Of a stretch of DNA of 64,000 bases, positions 1-15,500 are shown in pieces. The notes below the pieces were generated by a model, which saw nothing but the letters and a program-made list of their open reading frames with translations, searched no databases and had not been told where the DNA came from. A program made the position numbers and the translations under genes. Every line of letters begins with the position of its first letter. Position 1 is the stretch's first letter. Origin of the DNA: Antedon mediterranea (lineage: Eukaryota; Animalia; Echinodermata); contig NC_092670.1 of assembly GCF_964355755.1 (NCBI RefSeq), positions 5,012,201 to 5,076,200 on the forward strand, read 5' to 3'.

Positions 1-2235
1 TGTACAAATAAACATGTTACAATACAAGTAAACTATAACTATTCACCATGCTTCAATGCAGACATATTTAATTCTGTCGCAACAAAAGAAAGCAAAAGAA
101 ATATTTTTAAATAATTCTTCTGTGGTTTTGTGGCAACAGAATTAATATCTAAAAAGGTAAACATATTTTAACCACCAAAGTCAAACATTAAAAACAATTT
201 TAAAAGAAAAAGAAATATGAAAACATAAAACAGGAAGTAATAAATCAATATAAACTATCATAAAAAAATGAACAAAAATATCACTTTATGAAAAGAAAAT
301 GTTAAAAACTAATGCAACTATAAAATTAATGTTTTATAAATGTGTCTGAGAATGATGCATGCATTTTTTAGCAGAACGTAAGCTCTACATAATTTACATA
401 TATGCATAATGAAATAAATGAAATATTTTTGTACTTGTAAGGAAAGTATCTCATTAACATAGCATAAAATAAATAGGTTTTAACATTGAAATTGCATTAT
501 GATATATAGTAGGTAAAGAACGCAAGGACATTAGGAAACATAAACGCAAAGTGCCGACAGAAAATAACCATTACAAATAGAAACATAACATAAAGAGCAT
601 AACGATAGTGCCTTGATGCAAGCAGAGCACAATTCATCTGTTGAGTTGCTTGTGGCAGACATTACTACAGTACATTGATATTTAACTTTTCTCCAAGAAA
701 GCTTGGAAAAAGAAACCATAAAATGTCTAAGATTGCTCATGTATAATTTAGTTTTGGCGATGAGGACTGACTCTCATCTAAAAAATGATGAGTTATCTGT
801 ATATCAAAAATACTTAATTTATACATTACATAATAATAATAAGGGAAATCAATAATTTTTATAGTGGGACTACATCAGAATATGGGAATATAATTAAAAA
901 GAGACATATGACATGTTATATTAAATATTATAAACCATGATTTTAAAATAAATATTAGTACTGATTTATGTAATTGTTAATATTCAACATAACCCAGATT
1001 AGAATATAAACACAACTCAATGCTACTTTAATTTAAAAATGATTAAATACAAAATAATATCAAGGCTTAATTATTAGTATAATTGTTATATGATAAATAT
1101 TCAGTTAATATATTTTCTTTATTATCTATTTTTATCTAAATAAAAATGTTAATTTTATGAACAAAACCCAGATAAAACAGAATTGAATTGTTAATTTGAC
1201 AAATGATGATAATAATTACATACATATATAGAGTGTAAATGTGGATCAGATCATTTCTAAGCCTTTTATACCACCTATGACAACAAGTACAAAGATACAT
1301 TTGAATTTCAAAAAAAGGATTTTTCTTACCATTTAATATAATAATAAAACTATATAATTTCATGTGCGATAACCACTGTCTTAGAAGGGAGTTCAGAAAA
1401 AATGTTTTATTTTCCGTTTACGCCTATTTCAGTTTATCCAGGTAATTGATGTCGTTTCTGGTTTATAATTGTAGGCCAAGATGTTCCATTCTGAATGATA
1501 TTTTGTGTGTTGCATGTGTAATATGAATGATCATATTATTAATGGTGGTAACAGCTTATTTTGACTCAAATTCAAATCTAACCATTAACATCATAAACAA
1601 CAGGTCAAGGTGTATTAATATCGTTGATTTAAGTCCAACCGAATTCTCTGTCTTAGCCTATGTAAAATAAAGTGCTGAACTTCAAGAAATCTTTTGAATT
1701 GTTCATTTTAGGGGAAAGAACAAGTTTTGTACCAAATATTTGTTTTTAACATTTTATATAAAAAGGAGAAGCTAAAACCCCCATTCACACGGCACCAACT
1801 AACCTTCTCTCAACCTTAACAATGTTAATTTGTAACCTATCAGAAGTATGAAAATGGATCATGCAGTATAATATTAATAGATATGATACATAATCTAAAA
1901 GCATAACTATAAATAATCTATTTAGGTGTACAAAATAGGTGAAAGCACTATTGACAGATGGTGTTAAACATGTACAGTATACTATAATACTTTAGAAAGA
2001 TAAAAGTTGTTTTTTTTGCAAACAAAAACAAATTGGAATGGCTTTCTGGACAATTTAAAACATTGTCAACCCGAGACCACCTAAAGAAGTATGAAACACT
2101 AATAATAAATTTCAAATTTTGTTTTTGTTTGTAAATAAAGGGACTGTTATTGTTATTACAACATTAGCTACCTTTCAATTATACATAGCGTGTCGCGCAA
2201 CTGTGCAGATATTGAGTCAATGTAATTATTTGTGT

Positions 2236-3372
2236 GTTCATATGTTTGAGTGATTTGTAATCATGTTTCTGAGTGTGTTCATGTGTTTCTGAGTGTGTTC
2301 ATATGTTTCTGAGTGATTTGTACTCATGTTTCTGAGTGTGTTCATATCTTTCAGAGTGTGTTCATATGTTTCTAAGTATGCTCATGTTTTGAGTGTGTTG
2401 ATATGTTTCTGATTATGCTCATATGTTTCTGAGTGTTTTCATATATTTCTGAGTGTGCTCATATGTTTCTGAGTGTGTTCATATGTTTCTGAGTGTTTTC
2501 ATGTTTCTGAGTGTTTTCATAATGTTTCTGAGTGTCTTCATATGTTTCTGAGTGTTTTCATATGTTTCTGAGTGTGTTCATATGTTTCTGAGTGTTTTCA
2601 TAATGTTTCTGAGTGTCTTCATATGTTTCTGAGTGTGTTCATATGTTTCTGAGTGTGTTCATATGTTTCTGAGTGTTTTCATAATGTTTCTGAGTGTGTT
2701 CAATGTTTCTGAGTGTCTTCATGTGTTTCTGAGTGTGTTCAATGTTTCTGAGTGATTTGTACTCATGTTTCTGAGTGTGTTCATATCTTTCAGAGTATGT
2801 TCATATCTTTCTGTGTGCTCATGTTTTGAGTGTGTTGATATGTTTCTGATGCTCACATGTTTAAGAGTGTGTTCATATATTTCTGAGTGTGTTCATATCT
2901 TTCTGTGTGCTCATGTTTTAGTGTGTTGATATGTTTCTGATGCTCACATGTTTAAGATTGTGTTCATATCTTTCTGAGTGTGTTCATATCTTTCTGTGTG
3001 CTCATGTTTTAGTGTGTTGATATGTTTCTGATTATGCTCACATGTTTAAGAGTGTGTTCATATGTTTCTGAGTGTGCTCATATGTTTCTGAGTATGTTCA
3101 TATGTTTTTGAGTGTTTATATGTTTCTGAGTGTGTTCATATGTTTTCGAGTGTGTTTATATGTTTCGGATTGTCTTCATATGTTTTTGGATTTCTTCATA
3201 TGTTTTTGAGTGTGTTCAAATGTTTCCGAGTGTATTGATATGTTTCTGAGTATGCTCATTATTATATTTCTGAGTGTGCTCACATGTGTCTGGAGTGTGT
3301 TCATATGTTTCTAAGTATGTTCATATGTTTCAATGTCTGCTCACATGTGTCTAAGTTTACTCATATGTTTCT
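2236..3372. repeat. Degenerate minisatellite, about 20-bp unit ATATGTTTCTGAGTGTGTTC
   Basis: Directly visible tandem array of about 1.1 kb. Confidence 0.95.
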
Positions 3373-3474
3373 GAAAATGCAGAATGACCTTTTGACTCAA
3401 CAGCTACATAGTTGCGTGTTGCTCTTGTTAACCAGACGAAAGTGATCCAATATATATTTGTAAATCTGACAAAC

Positions 3475-3558
3475 CTGTCGGGTGTTCGCCCTCCACGATA
3501 GTGGAATTCCCCTTCGCTTGCTGTTCTTGGACGAACTATACTGCTAATCCTCATAAGA
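3475..3558 (-). CDS. IRS: IRS exon [28 protein letters not shown]
   Basis: 84 nt, tctttatttag|...|gtttgt, phase 2-2; RPRTASEGE resembles the RxRxxS(D/E)G motif of IRS1/IRS2. Confidence 0.75.
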
Positions 3559-6500
3559 CTAAATAAAGACATCATTAATTACATTAACATTTAAGATTAC
3601 ATATTGAATGACAGTGATATGACATTATCGTGTCCATAATGGGCACATCAAATTTGATAGTGTAGACAGAACTTCTTTTTTTATTAACTTTAAATTATTA
3701 TTAAAAAGAAGTACATTTTTTTTAAATACTAGATTAGAAACTGAAAGAACAAATGTGGGCATGGATTTACTTGAATATTGTATTGACATGAAAATGATTT
3801 TGTGCTCATGACTGCAGACCAAATAAATAACGATGTGTCTAATTTAAAATGATGAGAGAGTCTGTGAGAATGTGAAAAAGCCGCCCCAACCGAGATTGAA
3901 ACACAGAGCTTTCTGCTTGATATGCAGACATCTTATAACCATTAGACAAGTGGAACTTTCATGGTAGTTTTCAAATTCGATTGGATAACGACTCTTTAAC
4001 ACCCTCGGCGATACTGTTAGCCCTCAACTTTTACTCAGTATATTAATTCACAAATCGGGATCTCAGAGAGATGATTATATATTTACAGGTGAGGCATTAG
4101 AATAAATTATACATAAATATATATAAATATATTTCTGTTATATAATGCATGTAAAAACATTTGTAGGCCTGCTCCCCAATTATGTTGTGATAGCTTCAGT
4201 GACTAGTACCATAGTATTATATGGCATCATTGAAGCTGCCACAAACAGTATTGGTTTGCAAGTATGTGCAGACATTATTTTTCTTTCTATTTCTTTTCGA
4301 AACAAAGTGCAACCGTGAAATACTGTATAATATAAATAGTGACGCACACGATTATTAAAAAAAATATTTATATAAAATCAAACTACAAAAGTGAAATATA
4401 CAGTAACCATAACACAATAGGTGATATAATAATTGGAATGACTAGATGACCTTCTTAGGGCCTGTTCACACTTAGGGTTTTGTAAATTACAAATGGCATA
4501 CTGTAGGGCCGCCTTCTCTGTGTAGCTGCATGGGACTTTGTGAAAATGAAAAAATATGAAGATAAAATGGAACCACACTGTTGTACTGTATATTCATAAT
4601 AATATAATAAAGTGAAATAAAATATCTGATTAAATATTCCAAGGTCAGGATGAATGAAAGTATGAAATACTATAGTGGTTTTAAAGTTCAGCAAAGATAC
4701 AGAGTATCACAGCAATTACAAATTTACAATACAAATTTGCAAAACTACATACCTGTACATATTTATGTACCAATGACGGCAAATTGTGTTGAAAAGTTTC
4801 AGTTTATAAACAAACAAAGATTAAAATATAATTTAAAATAAAATTTCCATAGAATAATTTTTTTTTAAATACCTGAAAAATTACATGATAGAAAAAAAAC
4901 CATTTTGTTTATTGAATTGTATTACATAACTAAACACATTTCTAATACGGAAATCCAATTATATACAATTGGATTAAGCACAAATCCTCATTTACTTTAC
5001 ATTAGATTTTCTTTAGATGAATGTTCTTAAAAAAACAATAGAAAGTGGCGTGCTCAGAGGGCCAAGAGTAGAGAAACCATTATTATTATTTAACTATTTT
5101 CTTGAAATAAAGTGAAACAAAACACTGACACTAAACTTTTAGGACAAAAAAAAACGATTGCAAACCTCCCAACTCTTCCGATAATAGCGATATAGTCTCC
5201 CGATATTTCATGTCATTTCCTGCTAAAATACGACATTTTTCCGCTATTGGTACGCCATGAAATATACCCATGTTTACTTTTATGCCAATATCTTTCGATT
5301 TTATAATAGCACCATAATATAGTTTGGGGTTGTTTTCAAAATATTATAGCACTTACCCTTTATAGCTTTGGACATGCATTAAAGGGCATGCATGGGCCAC
5401 TAGAAAAACCTAGAGTAAACATATTTGCAACTTACTCTAGCTACACTAGTTTTAAAGGTCTTTAACCTGCACTGGTTTCAGTTCAGGTTTGCATCAGATT
5501 GTGACGTACCTTTCCGTTTTCATGACGCGCCACATGCATATTGAGTAGAGTAGAGTAAAAATAACATGATTTTAAGTATTAAATCCAATTAATTTTTACG
5601 CACACTTTAAGAATATTTTATTTTTACTTTATTTTGGCTAAAATTGTATCTCATAGTTTTGAGACAAAGGCATTTTCACTATCTTAAAACACAATATATT
5701 TTTATAATAATATATCAAAACTAAAAGCCAATTTTACTTTTGATCATTGCTAATAAAACAGTTAATTCTTATAGGTTATATTCTACAATAAAATAAATCT
5801 TTGCAATAATATAATCATTGTTATGAGGTAAATCTACTTAATTTGTGGAACCTGCAAAATATGAAATTTAATATTCGGTCTTAATTCATTCATCTTTTTA
5901 TTTCGGAATATTATGGTGACATAATATAGCCATAGCAAAAAATAGAAAAACAAAATGTAATGCAATGTACTATTAATAATAATTTAAATTTAAATAAGAA
6001 AAGATCTTTTAGAAAGGTCTAATGATCTACTGGAAGAATTAGTCCAGGAAGTCGATGAGTTTAAGGATATAAACCAGCAATACAGATCTTTGTGTATCAG
6101 AACCAACTCATTGGTCAGAAAATTTAGCATGTGTTCTGTCGATGTGAAATGTGTCTTATTTAGAACATATTGTGTAAATATGTATTGTGCTGCATATGGT
6201 GCAACTATAATCAGGGTACCTTGTGATTTCTTCAGGAAATGCTACAATAAGATGCTATCTGGGTTGAATGCCATTCTGAGATGAGAGAGTGTCGTCATTT
6301 ATAGCCAGTACAGAAAATTTTTGTTTATAATTTATATGTAATTTTACTTTCTATGGACCAGATATTCCAAAATAAAAGATTGAATGAATGAGTATCATAA
6401 TAGATATTGTTATGGATGAACCTGATAAATTTCTCAACACAACACATGGAAATGAGGGGCTTCTTTAGGCAGCAACACATAATTATCGACTATATATCAA

Positions 6501-9500
6501 TTCTAAAATACTAAACCTTGCAATAAATCTCGCAATGCAACATTTGGCCATCAACATTTCAAGAAATCTGTTTTCTTTGTCTGAAATTGTGACATATTAT
6601 CATATTGTTGAGCCAACATATGTATAAGACAAATCATTCGTGATGAACATCATTTACTGTTTTTCTATCATAAACCGAGGTTTATAATTCAGAGTCGTTG
6701 ACCTCTGAGAACAGCCGTTTTTTTAATAGAGTGTAATTAAATAAATGGATATGTTGCCTAATTTAACGATGCATGATACTAGGCTTTGGGCGCGCATCGC
6801 TCACTTCTTGTTGCCTTTTGACTGGTCATGTTTTAGATTAGACAATTTTCAATTAACTTTCTTACATTCAAGAGACTTAATGTCAGAAAAAAAGAAATTT
6901 GTGTAAATTTTTTCTGAATGTTATTCATTTATTGTTGTTACATTTTCTTTGTGTTTATTTACTAATTTTTAATAATATTTATAAATACATTAAAATTATA
7001 AATAAAATTAAAAAAAAATTATCATTTTAATGATACCCTTCTTTATGACTTAGCCATATGTTTATTTTTGTATTAGTTAATTTAGTTTGCACACAGACGT
7101 TACAACCCTTGCAATTGGGAACCTCCCAATTATTTATCCAATCTTACGAATACTAAACAAAATATCCCGAAAATTTGGTTTAAAGCTCTGTCTACACTAT
7201 CAAACTAGTTTGACAAAAAAAGTGTGATGTGCTTAAATATGGTAGTGATATGCTTAAATATGGTAGTGCTATGACATCATCATGGGCATACATGGGCACA
7301 TGACATTTTTTTTTGTCAAAAAAAGTTTGATAGTTTTTGTGACAATTATGATAATTTGACATTAAGAAAAACAATTTTTAAACCAACGATTACTGTTTGA
7401 ATTCATTTTTTTACAGTTATTTCTGTATTTAATAAATAATTACATCCGACGCAGCTCTGGTAAACACTGATGCTGTGATGAATTTAAAATGCTTCAAATC
7501 CGTAAAGACACGTAAAATCAACAATGTTGTTTTAAGTATGTATTTTTTGTTAAATAAACATGTCGAACAATTAAATTGGCTAATTCCGCCTAGATAAAAC
7601 ATGCACATACGCTATGTTGACTTTAAATCACTGAATGAATGATACCTATATTTTGTGCTTCTAGTATTTGATATCATACTTATCTAAAATATTTTAGTAT
7701 TACAAAAACAATTAAGAACACATTATGCACTGAAAAAAAAATGTTTTTAAAATCATAAATCCATCTGTGTAATCGTGCTTTTATCTAAAAATCCCATGAT
7801 CAAATACACACAAGAATTAATATAAGGAAATGAATAGTACTTTATGAATCGATCTACTGTATCTATTTTGTTAGTTGAGCTATAACAGTGTGGTGAGTTG
7901 TATATACTTGCGGTGATATGAAACAAACACACAGACTTCAAAGACTTCAATGGGAATGTAAAATGAATAATTTAAGAGTAAATAAAATTAGAAACCATTA
8001 CATTTACCATGCTATAATATAAATTTTGTTTAAAGAAACTCTGCATATAAAACAATCATAAGAGAAAGAAGGCAACGTTTTAAATTCCCATTGAAGTCAA
8101 TACTTTTTTTAGATGGTGTTAGAAACCATATCAAAATCAATCTACTGTCAGTTGTTGCAGTACATCGTGTTTACTGCAGAAGTTAACATTTATTATTTAG
8201 TCAAAAAACAAGTGGTTGAAGCTTTAAAGTCAAAATTCAAATGCAAAGTGAAAAATATGAATTTATCAGTGAATCAAGACTTTCACAAAAATTGTCTACA
8301 CAATCATATCATTTTGGTTGGTCAAAATCTCTGAAAATTCTTTTATTATTATTATTATTTGTTTGCATTAATAAATAAAAACTACTGTATATTTACTGCA
8401 GTAACTGAAATAGATGACTTTGACATGGCAATTAACAGACGATACTACCTTAGTTTCCCCCAGCGAGTTCTAAGATGACCCTCGCCTTCGCTCCTTGTCC
8501 GTTCTCTGAAGGTGCTTTTAATACAACACGGAAACAATTAACAAACAACAGAGCAAAAGTCCTAACTAAATATTTAAACACACACCAAATCCGAATTTTG
8601 GAAAGAAAAACTCCATCCAAGGTTTGTTCGGATCTGATGTAAATCATTCATAACAATGTAAAAATGTGAAAATTGGTACAGTACGAGATATCCCAAAATA
8701 ACCCATTATACAGTATTTTGTCATGTTTGTTATGGTAGCTGTCAGTCAAACATGCTAGTTTTTGCAGATACCAATCTGTTATGTATTGATTGATTTTAAT
8801 CTTTACAGGCCTTATTGAGGCCAGATGATTACTGACATTGGAGGAGTTTAATGGCCAGGTGCAGGCAAAACATTGACATTGATTATACATTACAATAATT
8901 ATCTATAGTTACCCAACGTTTCATAATTTTCAAGATTTTAACAGGATTTTGTTGAAAATAAGCAGTTTCTTATCAGTGGAGGGATAGTTCAAATTACACA
9001 GTAAAATCCATTCTTTAATTAAATTCTGAAAAAAGTGTCTGTCTGGTTTTTATAGTAGAATTTTAAGAGAAATGCATGTTTTTTCGGCGTTTTTATTGCA
9101 CATATTTGATTTATGTACATTAACCAGATAGTATTTTAACAAATATTCATGCCCGTACCTGAACATTAAATTAAAAAGTAACACAGAAACAGTACAGTTT
9201 GTTATAAATAATAATGTTATATTTTTTACAATTTCTGTATGTTTTGATTGTGTATTTAATAATGGGTCATTTAATATAGTCGTATGTATTTTACTACTGA
9301 ACATGGAATTTAATAATAACAATTATCCTATAAAGAAATCATTTTTTAAAATAACCAAAACAACTTTTAATTAAAATTTTCATACAAATAAACTATTGTC
9401 TATTGCTTAATACAATTCTTTTTAAAAATAACCAAATTGATTACAAATGTATCATTTTACAACTATATATATTTTAAGGAATTATCTTACAGTGAAACTC

Positions 9501-12500
9501 AATGTTTAACAAAATAACAATATTATTCATTGTACTGTATGTTAAAAAAATAATGTATCAAGAATTGATGTCTTGTCCTGACAAGACAAGATACAATCAA
9601 GTCCAGTAGGATTAATTTTCTGAATGTTAGGCAAGACAAAGCAAATAGCTTAAACACTAAACACACTCATCAATTATAAATGTCATAACTATAATTAATC
9701 TATCTGAAATAAGGCAATAACTTCTTCAAAAGTGAAGATTAAATTTAACTTTTTAAAACATATTTACTTATTTAATATCTTATTATTTTATTCTCCTTTT
9801 CACTTCTTCTCCTCTATATGTTCCATTCATTTCTTTTCCTTTTCTTTCATTCCCTTTCTCCCTTTAATTCCTTGTCTTCTCATCTTTAGTTATCATTTTC
9901 TCACTCAGGTTTTCCACTATATTTTTTCCATTCTTCTCTTTTCCTAATTCTTCAGTTTATTTTTTTTATTATGTACATCTTAAATTTTCCTTTCTCTCAT
10001 CTCTACATTCATCTTTCCTATAACTTTCTTTTTTTCTCATCCTAAAGTTTTCATTTTTTCCCTCCTATTTTTCTTTTCTTAATTTTCTTCTCATCTCTGC
10101 CTTCATTCGTTTCTCTCTTAACTTTCTCTATAAATACTTCATTCCTCTCCTATTCGTCTTATCTTTTATTTTCTTCCTTGAATCATTTCTTTATTTTCTA
10201 CAATCTTCATTTCTCTATATTTCTTAATTTCTTTAATTTTCCAATTCTTTGTTCCTTTCCTCTTTCCTTCTATAAATCATGTTTTCTTTTTCATTATCTT
10301 TTTTACCACTTACAGTCTAATATTCAACAAAATTCAATTCACTCTTGTAAAAAACACTTTTGTAAAAAAGAACTAAATATTATGTAATAAAATAAACTAT
10401 ATTGAATGTCTTCAGTTTTTTTTTTATAAAATAACAAAGAGTAAGCAAACTGTATGGCTGACCAAATGCAAAGCACATTCAGGGGAAGATAGCAACATTC
10501 ATACAGCAAAGTAGCACACATAGCTGCTCAACAAACAACATTCAACAGTCATTTTAAAGTCACCTATGTGTCGTATCAATATCTTTGTTACGATGCTCTA
10601 GAGAAAGGTGTTGGATTTACCCAGCCTAGCATATTATTAGTTTTAAGCCAAGCATCTTGATAATCACTTGTTTAACAAGTTCATCAATGTTCAGCTGACA
10701 TTTAAACAGTAACCTTAGCTATTTACTATTTTAGAATGTTGCAACCCACATTATTTGGTAATTTGTATCTAAGCCCATGCCATCCAAACACCTTCATTGA
10801 CATGGTACTAGCGGTCATAAACATTTCACCAGGGGTACAACATTTAATGTTGTTACTCCTAAGGCTACTGGCGTTAATGATTCAACTTTTTATTTCTTAG
10901 GTATCCGTGACTGGAACTGGCTCCCGAATTCACTCAAATCAATACAAAATAATGCAACCTTCAAAATAAAACTATTTATTTATTTTAATAATGAACAGCT
11001 TGGAATATCCGTTTAATTAAGTTATTTTTTAATATTGTTTTTTTATGTTATCTTGTCTTATGTATTTTCTTGTTTTTCCATTTTTACTGCGTCCAACTTA
11101 ATGATATATTGTACTAGGCCCAATCACTCACTTTTTCAGTTAATACGGATTTGACCCCATTGGAAATAAGTTTACTTTTTATTTGTCGACTTAATGGGTT
11201 ATCCTAGTATTCTTTTTGTACATTGTATATTTTAACTTTTGTGTATGAATATCGAATAAAATCAATCAATCAATCAACAGCAAGTAATTTGACCAATCAC
11301 GGCACAATGGATCACTCAAACTGTTGCTTGTGATTGGCCAACTCAATTGTGTTTTCATCCAATGATATTGTTTACTCGTTGGCTATTTTGTTTGCTTGTT
11401 TAATTGTTGGTAAATTAATTTACTTGCTTATTTAGTTTGCTTGGTTTTAATTGATTGATTTTTACCTTTTCGGGCTATTTTTTTTTTTATTTATAAAAAA
11501 TTAATTTGTAATCAAAGTTACAGTAATAATTGGTACAAAATTTCTCAATTTTGCAATAATAAAAAGGAAAAATTAGAAAGGAATAGAGATACAGTATCTA
11601 CAAAATAGAATATAATGATTTTATAATATTCAATAATTCAGTAGAATGTTAATTAGTACTGTATAGTAACATTTAATTGAAAAGAATTGAAGATGACATT
11701 TGAGGTAGCCATCTTCACAATAGGCAAGTCTTTTTTAATGAAACTGAAGGACTTCCTATTAAGTTTTACTTCACCAACATCGTGGAAATTCACTTCAGAA
11801 AATTACCGAGAGATATTTTCTCCCGTAGTTGAAAAGATTGATTAGTGAGCGCATTAAACGGTTCATAACACCGCTTCTTGGATTAAATCTTGAACAACAG
11901 ACTTTTCTGCGAATTAGTATTAATGAGATCTTGTGTAAAAGGTTACTTCATTTAACGTTAGCTCAATGCATGTGGAAATGCATTGCTTCAAGCAATTTAT
12001 GATAGTGTTGAAAGTGAACACAAAAACAAAAGATTAATGTTTAAACATTTAATTTTTTCACGTAACATGTATGTTGTAAGAAAAACATTTAAAAAAATTC
12101 TTATTAGATATGGTTCTGTTAATAGAAGTAATAACTAATCTAAAATTTAAATTGTAAATATAGAAATAAAAGTACTACATCTATACCTACTGTAAATTAC
12201 TTTATGGGAACACATTTAAAAGATCAGAGACTCACATCACAACGTTTTTTTGTTGTCCCTTCAAATACCATTAAGAAATATTTTAGTGGTTTCTCAATGA
12301 TTTCGGTCTTTAATTAAAATCTTCAGTATAAGATTCAAATAATAATAATCTTTCTCTCTCTCTTTTCGCATTAAATATATTATAATAAAGGTATAAATTG
12401 CTCACCTTGATGGGCTGTGTGGAACGTGTTCTTCCCAATTTTGCGATTCTTCACGATCACTGTTCAAATGTGATTGTGTGATGTGAGCAGGCATACTGTC

Positions 12501-15500
12501 GCATCGATTTCTTCTAGAGGGTCCCGTTGGTCTGCGGTGAGATTTGTTATCGTTTGAATTGTTGCTATGACTGCGTGGTCGCATTTCCTCCAGCTGGTTT
12601 ATTGATTGCATGGCACTATAAGATTAAAGAAAACAATAAACTTAAATTGGTAGTGTTGAAAGACTGTGTGAAAAGGCATCAGTTTTGTATGCCGTATTGT
12701 GTCTTTAGATAGAAAAGATACTGCGTCATCTTGCAGACTGAATGTACTGTAAAAGTTGGTTCTCACTTGCAACGCAATAATGCAAGGATATAGGTGCAAC
12801 ACAAGTGGATTGGTCAATAACAAGAGACAGTTAGGATGATCCAACATGTTGTGATTGGTCAAATTACTTGTGTTCACTTAGGTTCGTCAGATTATTGAAT
12901 GTAAAAGTTTGTTTTTAGTTCGACGCAATGCAAGGGCATAATGTGTAACACAAGTGAATTGGTCAATAACAAGCGACAGTTCGTATGGTCATCGTGTTAT
13001 GATTGGTCAAATTACTTAAGTTGCGCTTACATCCTATAGTAGGTCAAGCTTTACTAAGACTTGGTCTTACATACAAATGGAACATGTGAATGAAACAAAA
13101 AACTAGGTACTAATTTAAATTATTCTAGTATAGCAGAAATGTGGTCCACACATTATTCTCCCTTCATTTTCAAACGTTTTTGTAATATTACAAAACACTT
13201 TCTCAATTGCTTTACTGGGTACAAATAATAAAATATTTTGGCAACAAAACTATGTCCTTGCTATGATATTATACAGCATATTACACAATTTAGCTCACAT
13301 GGCTTACACCCCCTTGGGAATAATGGAATGTCTGGGTTTAATAGGTACCACATTGCTTCTCAGAAAAACAAAGGCAAACATTGACACTGAAGATGAAATT
13401 TTCTTCAAAAATATAAAAATATTGGTAAGTATTGTTTATAACTATTGATTGTGAAAAAAATGGTGATGAAATGATGGAAATATAAGTGACAAAGATTAGA
13501 TGATGATTTTCTATTCAATTATTTTCATAAGATACATAAGATACATCCTGTAATAATAGAGAGTTAATAGAGTAGAATGCACTTATGCTGGAGAAACTTA
13601 AATAAGCCCAGAGGGCTTTAAGGCCAGTTCCACCAGAAAAAAAAAAATTCAATAAATAAATAAATAAAAAAAAAATTTAATTGACCGACAATGATAATGG
13701 TAATGTGAAATTAAGTGCTGAACTCAACCTGATGTCTATTCTTTTGCATTATAATTTTGCCGCCTGTGAGACCACATAGTTTTTGCTATGTTTCCGTCTG
13801 AAAATAGTTTTGTTATTTTCAGTATGTATACAAATCTGTATTTAACATATCTTCATTCAATCTGTTATTTATATGTTATGCAATATTTTCCAGCAGTTTC
13901 AGCTGGAATGTTATTTTGATGAAAATGATGATGGTAATTACTTTGAAGAGAAAAAAATTCCATAGGATGAATAGAACAATGAGCGTTAATGACATTGCAA
14001 CGACAGTGTTTTTTTTTTATAACATCCGCAGTTCGCTTGCGGCTAAAACCGTATTTGAATTAATTAACATTATCTGAAATCTGTAGATAAATTACTCCAC
14101 AGAGAAATATCTCTATGAGCAATTCAGGAATTGTACTTCTTTTTCTAAGTACTGTATAGAAAGGACAAATTCACAGTTGATATCTGACAGATTAAAACTC
14201 ATAATGAAAGTTTTATTAGATAATAATACTTTGGGGATATCTATGGTAGATTTATGACTGACCCAACAATCATAAATCATATAATTTACAATTAATAACA
14301 TAAAAATAATGTATGAAATTGATTATTTATAGAATCTAAACACATTTTATCTGCTGCAAAAGATTCTGGACTCATGCCAAATATAGTTCTAACTTTGTTT
14401 CTATGTTGTTTGTAGTTCTCTAGAATACACACATACACTGTTTATAGAATCATCAGACAAAGTAATGCACAATACTGTTTCTATAGTATAGCATATAGAT
14501 CTATAAATAGACTGATTCGTTTGGAGGCAGAAATCGACAAGAAGGAACACAGGGAGATGAAAGTTGCTGTATGTGTATACATTTGGTCAACTGCGCCATG
14601 AGTTACCGCACAAAGCGGCAAAGCACATACAGACAGACTTTAACACATTGAATCATGTCGGACACTAAGGCCGCGTTTGTCGGACACTAAGGCCGCGTTT
14701 GTCGGACACTAAGGCCGCGTTTGTCGGACACTAAGGCCGCGTTTGTCGGACACTAAGGCCGCGTTTGTCGGACACTAAGGCCGCGTTTGTCGGACACTAA
14801 GGCCGCGTTTGTCGGACACTAAGGCCGCGTTTCTGCAGCCAAAAAATAACCGATAAACATTAAACAGATAATTAACCTACTGTAATATTTATATATTTAG
14901 CTAAAACGATAGTTTTAAAGCAAGCAATTTAGCTTAACTTAGAGCATGACGATGATTATTGATTCATAATAAAACTTAAAATATTTTTATAATTGAAAGT
15001 TGTTGTATAATATAGTACTATAACTAATGAATAGAAAATTAAAAATATTTTTTCTGTTAATTACATTATAAATTGTACAGAAATATGTTGAAATTTAATG
15101 AAAAACATTAAATATTTGGCCTAGATGATGAAATATGATATTGAAGATTTTCTCAATCATTGAGGAATTAGTTTAGATCTAGAAAGTTATCATTGGTTTT
15201 AAATCAAAGCAAGACTTTTATAATGCAAAAGCTATGATAGCCATTGATTGTAAAACGTATTCATTTCGCAGGGAAAACATCAAACCAGAATTTACAGTAT
15301 GAAAGCTATGCTATCAATTTGGTTTTAGTACAAACTATTTAAAAAAAAAATCACTATCTGATAAAAATGTACAGCTGCCAAATGTACTAGATATAAACAT
15401 TCTAAAGTGCTTCCCAAATGCATAGAAGCTGAGCACATGACAGCTTTAACATTTCTTGTTATTCTGGTTAATTTTAAGGCTTAATTATATAATTAACACC

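Noticed and set aside
14657-14832. CRISPR-like array
   Set aside because: Repeats are contiguous with no spacers, there are no cas genes, and the context is eukaryotic; the same applies to 16881-17151 and 2236-3372.
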